From contig SLOZ01000015.1 of the NCBI GenBank assembly GCA_007132255.1, positions 1 to 29,752 on the forward strand: a stretch of 29,752 bases of DNA, given 5' to 3'. The DNA is from Limnochordia bacterium (GTDB lineage: Bacteria; Bacillota; Limnochordia; Darwinibacteriales; B1SED10-159). The notes beneath the pieces are model-generated. The model did not search any database and had not been told where the DNA came from. It was given only the letters and a program-made list of their open reading frames with translations. A program made the translations under genes and the position numbers. Below, one piece after another: positions 25,883 to 29,752 of this stretch (within the stretch, counting starts at the first letter, position 1; each line of letters opens with the position of its first letter).

Positions 25883-27664
25883 TCAAAATGACAGGTCCAC
25901 AGAGAAGCGCACTGTGGGCCTCTTTTTTTCAATGTCGTAAGCAACATAGCCATCAAACGACGACGGCTTGAGACCTAAAAGCCGCAGAGAAAAGCGCGCC
26001 CCGGCGCCAAGAGTCAAGCCAGCTGCTTCGGATGACGTTTTCCCAACGAACTGGTAGAGCTCCATGCCGGAAAACTGAAGAATCTGCAACAACTCCTTCG
26101 TATATTCCCATTGGATATCGTAGATCAGCTCACCGCTCCACTGCCACTGCGGAACATCGTCTAACTCAATCCCCCGGTGAAGCATGGGAGCCAACGGGTA
26201 CTCCCCCAGCCTATAAACGGCAGTTCCCTGAACCTGCCAGGGATGAAATGCCGGAAACGTCATCTGACCGACGGCATAGCCTGCCAGCGGAACGGTTAAG
26301 CCCCGCAGCATTACCTCGCCATTTACCCAGCCATCGGAAACAGCACCTCGTACAAACGGTGCCAAACCATCCTCTTCAAACCACAATGCACCTGTTTGGG
26401 CCAGCATGCTCGAATCAGCATACTGTACAGCACCGCCGGCCCACAGAGAATTCTGTCGCAATCCACCAGCCACCACAGCATCTAACTCGGCCGTAAGCTT
26501 CTTCCAACGAGCCGTTGCCTGGAGCGAAGGAATACCTACCGAACCCAAGAGATCCACCGCCATGGGTCCTGTTTCAAATCCGAAACCCAGCTGCCAATAA
26601 CGGCCCGCAGTCGGGAACAGCACCGGCGCAGCAAAATTGCGTTCCCAGCTGAGATAACCCAAGGGGCGAATCACAGGCAGCGAATAATGAAGGCGGTCGC
26701 GGCGGAGATCCTCAATGACCCGTTCGATCTGTGGACATGCTGGGGTTGACCGCGGCTGCAGATCTATTCCTAACTCAGCCAGTGTCTGCAAAATACCAGG
26801 CAGCTCTTCCTGAGTTCGCTGGTAACCATAGTCAATAAACATCTGCGAAAGATGGAAATCCATCAAAGAATGCTGACCCACATCAAACTCAATAACGGCA
26901 TCACTGTATTCATGGACGATAGGCAGCGAATAGTTCTCCTTAATTAGGTTAATCATCCGAGTCCAGGAGCGAATCGGGCTGCCGTATTCGGTATAAGGTA
27001 ACTCATCGAAGGCCGTGGTGGTTATAACCACCTGTGCCCCCATCTCCCGGGCCGCCAGCGCTGGAGCTAACTCTTGAATGCCGGCATCCAAGAGGAAGTA
27101 CTCATCCATATGGATTCCAGGAAACACTCCAGGAATGGCGTATGGTCCTTGAATTGCCTCTGACACCGGACCCTTGGTATGGACATACTTAACCCCTGTA
27201 TTAAGATCAAAGCTTAATACCGCAGTCGTTATGGGGAAATCCTCCATGCGCTTGTACGGCACCACCGCCTCAATGGCCGCGTTGAAGCGTCGACCATCCA
27301 ACAAAGATTGTGTGAAAGGAACATTGAGATGAAAGAATTGTGACAAGTCCACGGCCGTCACGAGCCGCTCCATCTGTTCAACGGGCATGCCGCTGCCATA
27401 GAGTATGGCCACAAGAGCACCCATACTCGTACCCGTAACCAAATCCAAGGGCACACCAGCCTCGTCAAGGGCTTTGAGAACACCAACATTGACCAGCGCC
27501 CTTGCACCACCGCCGGCCAACGAAACAGCCACCCTCGGTGGCTCATCCCACTGCAAAATGCCGGGATCATCAAACACATAAGGGATAGCCTCATGGGCAC
27601 TCCAAACCACTGAACTGGACACCAAAACAAGGAAAATAACAAAGCTGAAGACCGACTTTTTCAT
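25883..27664 (-). CDS. Patatin-like phospholipase with a C-terminal beta-barrel-like region (PlpD-like)
   Basis: Sec signal MKKSVF...VWSA, GGGAR, GTSMG nucleophile elbow and DAG (for DGG). The C-terminal ~290 aa contain alternating hydrophobic strands and end in ...RFSVDLSF. The ORF is open to 27736. Confidence 0.82.
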   Translation of the reverse strand: MKKSVFSFVIFLVLVSSSVVWSAHEAIPYVFDDPGILQWDEPPRVAVSLAGGGARALVNVGVLKALDEAGVPLDLVTGTSMGALVAILYGSGMPVEQMERLVTAVDLSQFFHLNVPFTQSLLDGRRFNAAIEAVVPYKRMEDFPITTAVLSFDLNTGVKYVHTKGPVSEAIQGPYAIPGVFPGIHMDEYFLLDAGIQELAPALAAREMGAQVVITTTAFDELPYTEYGSPIRSWTRMINLIKENYSLPIVHEYSDAVIEFDVGQHSLMDFHLSQMFIDYGYQRTQEELPGILQTLAELGIDLQPRSTPACPQIERVIEDLRRDRLHYSLPVIRPLGYLSWERNFAAPVLFPTAGRYWQLGFGFETGPMAVDLLGSVGIPSLQATARWKKLTAELDAVVAGGLRQNSLWAGGAVQYADSSMLAQTGALWFEEDGLAPFVRGAVSDGWVNGEVMLRGLTVPLAGYAVGQMTFPAFHPWQVQGTAVYRLGEYPLAPMLHRGIELDDVPQWQWSGELIYDIQWEYTKELLQILQFSGMELYQFVGKTSSEAAGLTLGAGARFSLRLLGLKPSSFDGYVAYDIEKKRPTVRFSVDLSF

Positions 27665-27757
27665 CAATGTCCGGCAGGAGCGTTCGCAAAACACATCTGC
27701 CATATCCTCCATTTCTCCTGTCACAAATCGGAACAATTCGCGACATTAGTTCTAAGT

Positions 27758-27787
27758 ATATTCGACGAATCCAGGAACAGATCCTGT
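27758..27787 (-). promoter_or_regulatory. sigmaH-like promoter candidate for the patatin gene
   Basis: Minus strand ACAGGATCT-N12-GTCGAATAT (AGGA-N18-GAAT); the -10 region also overlaps TATACT. Confidence 0.55.
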
Positions 27788-27928
27788 TTGTCCGATCATT
27801 CATATCAGATTTTCGCTGCATCACATCGTTTTGAGCCATGCTTGTTCATGGCCATCTGTTCTTTATGTTCATTTGCTTTTTTCCCTTTTTGACCTGGTAT
27901 GTGGTAATAATTCCCAAACCACCAAATC

Positions 27929-27968
27929 AAAAACCGAGCGTGACCCTTCGGGTCTAAACTCGGTTTTT
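27929..27968. terminator. Terminator downstream of the nitroreductase gene
   Basis: AAAAACCGAG...GACCC-TTC-GGGTC...CTCGGTTTTT; a two-part stem with A/T tails on both sides. Confidence 0.75.
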
Positions 27969-28082
27969 AGTAGGCATATAGATACGCCTGCAGAAACTCC
28001 TTGTATTGGCCAATGAAGGTACGTCGATCATGCGATCGCCTTACCCCAACGACGTGGGTATTCTATTTCGCGAAACCCACAG

Positions 28083-28829
28083 TCAGTCAATCGGAAAACC
28101 TACTGGTGCAGCATACACCACTAGCTCATGAATACCATCAACACCGAGAAGTCCGTCCAAAGCGTCCTGATCATAGAGCCCTATGGTGCACGTTCCGGCA
28201 CCGATCGATTCTGCAGCCAGATATAGGTTTTGAGCAGCGTGTCCGGTATCTAATACAATCAACTTCGAAGCCAACGGTCCATAACGCCATTGGCTGCGCT
28301 CTGGACGAACCGTCCAGAGGAAACAAACCGGTGCAGCACCCACAAACGCTTGACCAAGGCAACCACTGGTCAACTGATCTTTGAGTGACGACGCCTCGGC
28401 CGCAGCAGGCAAAGTCGCCAGAGCATGCCGTTCCACTTGATAGCGATAAATGCCTGGAGGCAGCGAGTTCACTCCACTACACGCTACATACGTTTCCAAA
28501 GGGTGGCGAGCGCCAGCCGAAGGTGCCGTCCGTTTGCGATGGTCGCCACCAGAGATTCCCTGCACAGACCAGAGTAGAAACGCAAGTTCCTCCAGTGCCA
28601 ATGGTTGATCTGAGAATCTCCGGCGGCTTCGGCGCTGTTGCAGAACGTCCCTCACAGACACGGTCCCAAGCTCAGCAGACGGTTCCGGAAGCTGGATCAT
28701 TTGGGCTTCATCCTGGACAACGTTGTACCATGGTGGTTCCGGTTGACCTAACCGTTGTGCTGTATCCAACCCTTTCCAACCCAACCAATCTCCGGCCTGC
28801 AAAAACTTACGTCCCTCGTCACCCTCCAC
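28083..28829 (-). CDS. SagB/ThcOx-family nitroreductase-like FMN-dependent oxidoreductase
   Basis: RRSRRRF, LEELAFLLWSVQG, RTAPSAGARHPLETY, PGIYRY, DTGHAAQNLYLAAES and ELVVYAAPVG. GTG start 8 nt after GGAGG; the ORF is open to 28844. Confidence 0.9.
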   Translation of the reverse strand: MEGDEGRKFLQAGDWLGWKGLDTAQRLGQPEPPWYNVVQDEAQMIQLPEPSAELGTVSVRDVLQQRRSRRRFSDQPLALEELAFLLWSVQGISGGDHRKRTAPSAGARHPLETYVACSGVNSLPPGIYRYQVERHALATLPAAAEASSLKDQLTSGCLGQAFVGAAPVCFLWTVRPERSQWRYGPLASKLIVLDTGHAAQNLYLAAESIGAGTCTIGLYDQDALDGLLGVDGIHELVVYAAPVGFPID

Positions 28830-28967
28830 GGTGCATCCCTCCATCGGTCAAAGATCTGATGCAGTCAGCTCCCACAACAGGCTGCGTGTTCGTGCGTGAT
28901 CTGGACTCGTGAGCCACGTGCCCCAAAGCGGGCTCCAACTCAAGCCACCAACCCACGCAACGTTCCG

Positions 28968-29752
28968 TTAAAGGCTATCCCCGAAGTCTTTCTTGAACTG
29001 GTCAGCCAAATCTTGCTGCCACGATGAAACTGGCTCCAGCTTGCCAAAGAAGAAGCGCAGGTTCTTGGGCTCATCCACGAACCGTAGTCCACCCACCAAA
29101 CGGCGATGTTCATACAACCATACCAGGCGATCCACAACGTACTTAACCTGGGATGCTGTGAAAACACGTCTTGGTAGAGCCAGTCGGAGAAGTTCCATGT
29201 TAGCGAGCGGTTCGACTCCATTGGCGTCGCGCTGTTCGGATACGGTTCCGCGTTCCATACCGCGAATTCCACCAGCGATAAACAAAGCTGAACCCAATGC
29301 TCCGGCCGGATATTGGTTCTGCGGTACATGATCGATAAATCGCATGGCATCGACGTGGCAGCCCAAACCTCCAGCTGGCGTTACCACAGGTACGCCATAT
29401 TTCTGCAGTTCGTCAACCATATACTCGATGAAGATCGGCCCTTGGTTAATCATGTTCTCGTCCATAGTCTCATCAAGCCCAACCGTGATCGCCTCCATTT
29501 CACGCACAGACATGCCGCCGTACGTTGAAAAGCCTTCATAGAGAGGTATCAATTCCCGAATCTGTAAAAAGAGTGCTTCATCATCAAAACACATGCCGCC
29601 GCCCCGAGCGCAGCCTAGTTTGCGAGCAGAAAAATAGATAATGTGACAGGCATCGGAGATCGCTTTGGTGATCTCCCGGATACTCATAGTACGGCATGCT
29701 TCTTCCCGTTCTTTGATGAAGTAAAGGTTATCCGCTAACAAACTGGCATCCA
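28968..29752 (-). CDS. Tyrosine phenol-lyase/tryptophanase family PLP beta-eliminating lyase (5'-partial, begins beyond the right edge)
   Basis: DASLLADN, YFSARK (PLP Lys), LYEGFSTYGGM, GGLGCHVDA, GIRGMERG, ELLRLALPRRVFT and EPKNLRFF. The frame is open to the window edge. Confidence 0.9.
   Translation of the reverse strand, partial: DASLLADNLYFIKEREEACRTMSIREITKAISDACHIIYFSARKLGCARGGGMCFDDEALFLQIRELIPLYEGFSTYGGMSVREMEAITVGLDETMDENMINQGPIFIEYMVDELQKYGVPVVTPAGGLGCHVDAMRFIDHVPQNQYPAGALGSALFIAGGIRGMERGTVSEQRDANGVEPLANMELLRLALPRRVFTASQVKYVVDRLVWLYEHRRLVGGLRFVDEPKNLRFFFGKLEPVSSWQQDLADQFKKDFGDSL

Noticed and set aside
25883-27664. Patatin as an anti-phage (CBASS CapV-like) effector
   Set aside because: It has a signal peptide and a barrel-like C-terminus, and there is no cyclase or other defence gene nearby.
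28083-28829. SagB-like gene as part of a thiazole/oxazole RiPP cluster
   Set aside because: No YcaO cyclodehydratase, precursor peptide or exporter is adjacent; stand-alone SagB-type nitroreductases are common.

Overview
About 30 kb of bacterial chromosome, most likely from a Firmicute with an outer membrane (inference from non-lipoprotein solute-binding proteins, a patatin with a barrel-like C-terminus, and Firmicute-type genes and promoters). Left third (1-10.9 kb, minus strand): an arabinan-utilisation locus with two GH51 alpha-L-arabinofuranosidases (one runs off the left edge and is missing from the ORF track), a GH127/GH146-type beta-L-arabinofuranosidase, a GH43 endo-arabinanase, a GH42 beta-galactosidase and an orphan family-5 oligosaccharide-binding protein, plus several readable regulatory sites. 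Middle: a dppABC-like unit with its own promoter and terminator but no ATPase genes. Next to it is a tightly spaced S41-like / ArgC-like / glutamate-5-kinase-like / SDR cassette in which every protein deviates from its family's conserved motifs; this is the best candidate for an undescribed pathway. Then glycerate kinase and an EamA transporter. Right third: a secreted CBM-like hypothetical protein, two GNATs, LemA plus DUF2207, a PlpD-like patatin, a SagB-type nitroreductase and the 3' part of a tyrosine phenol-lyase/tryptophanase-family gene. A sigmaH-like promoter pattern (AGGA-N17/18-GAAT and variants) recurs in six intergenic regions. No rRNA, tRNA, IS element, prophage or CRISPR array was seen. 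All calls come from motif recognition by eye; no database search was run.
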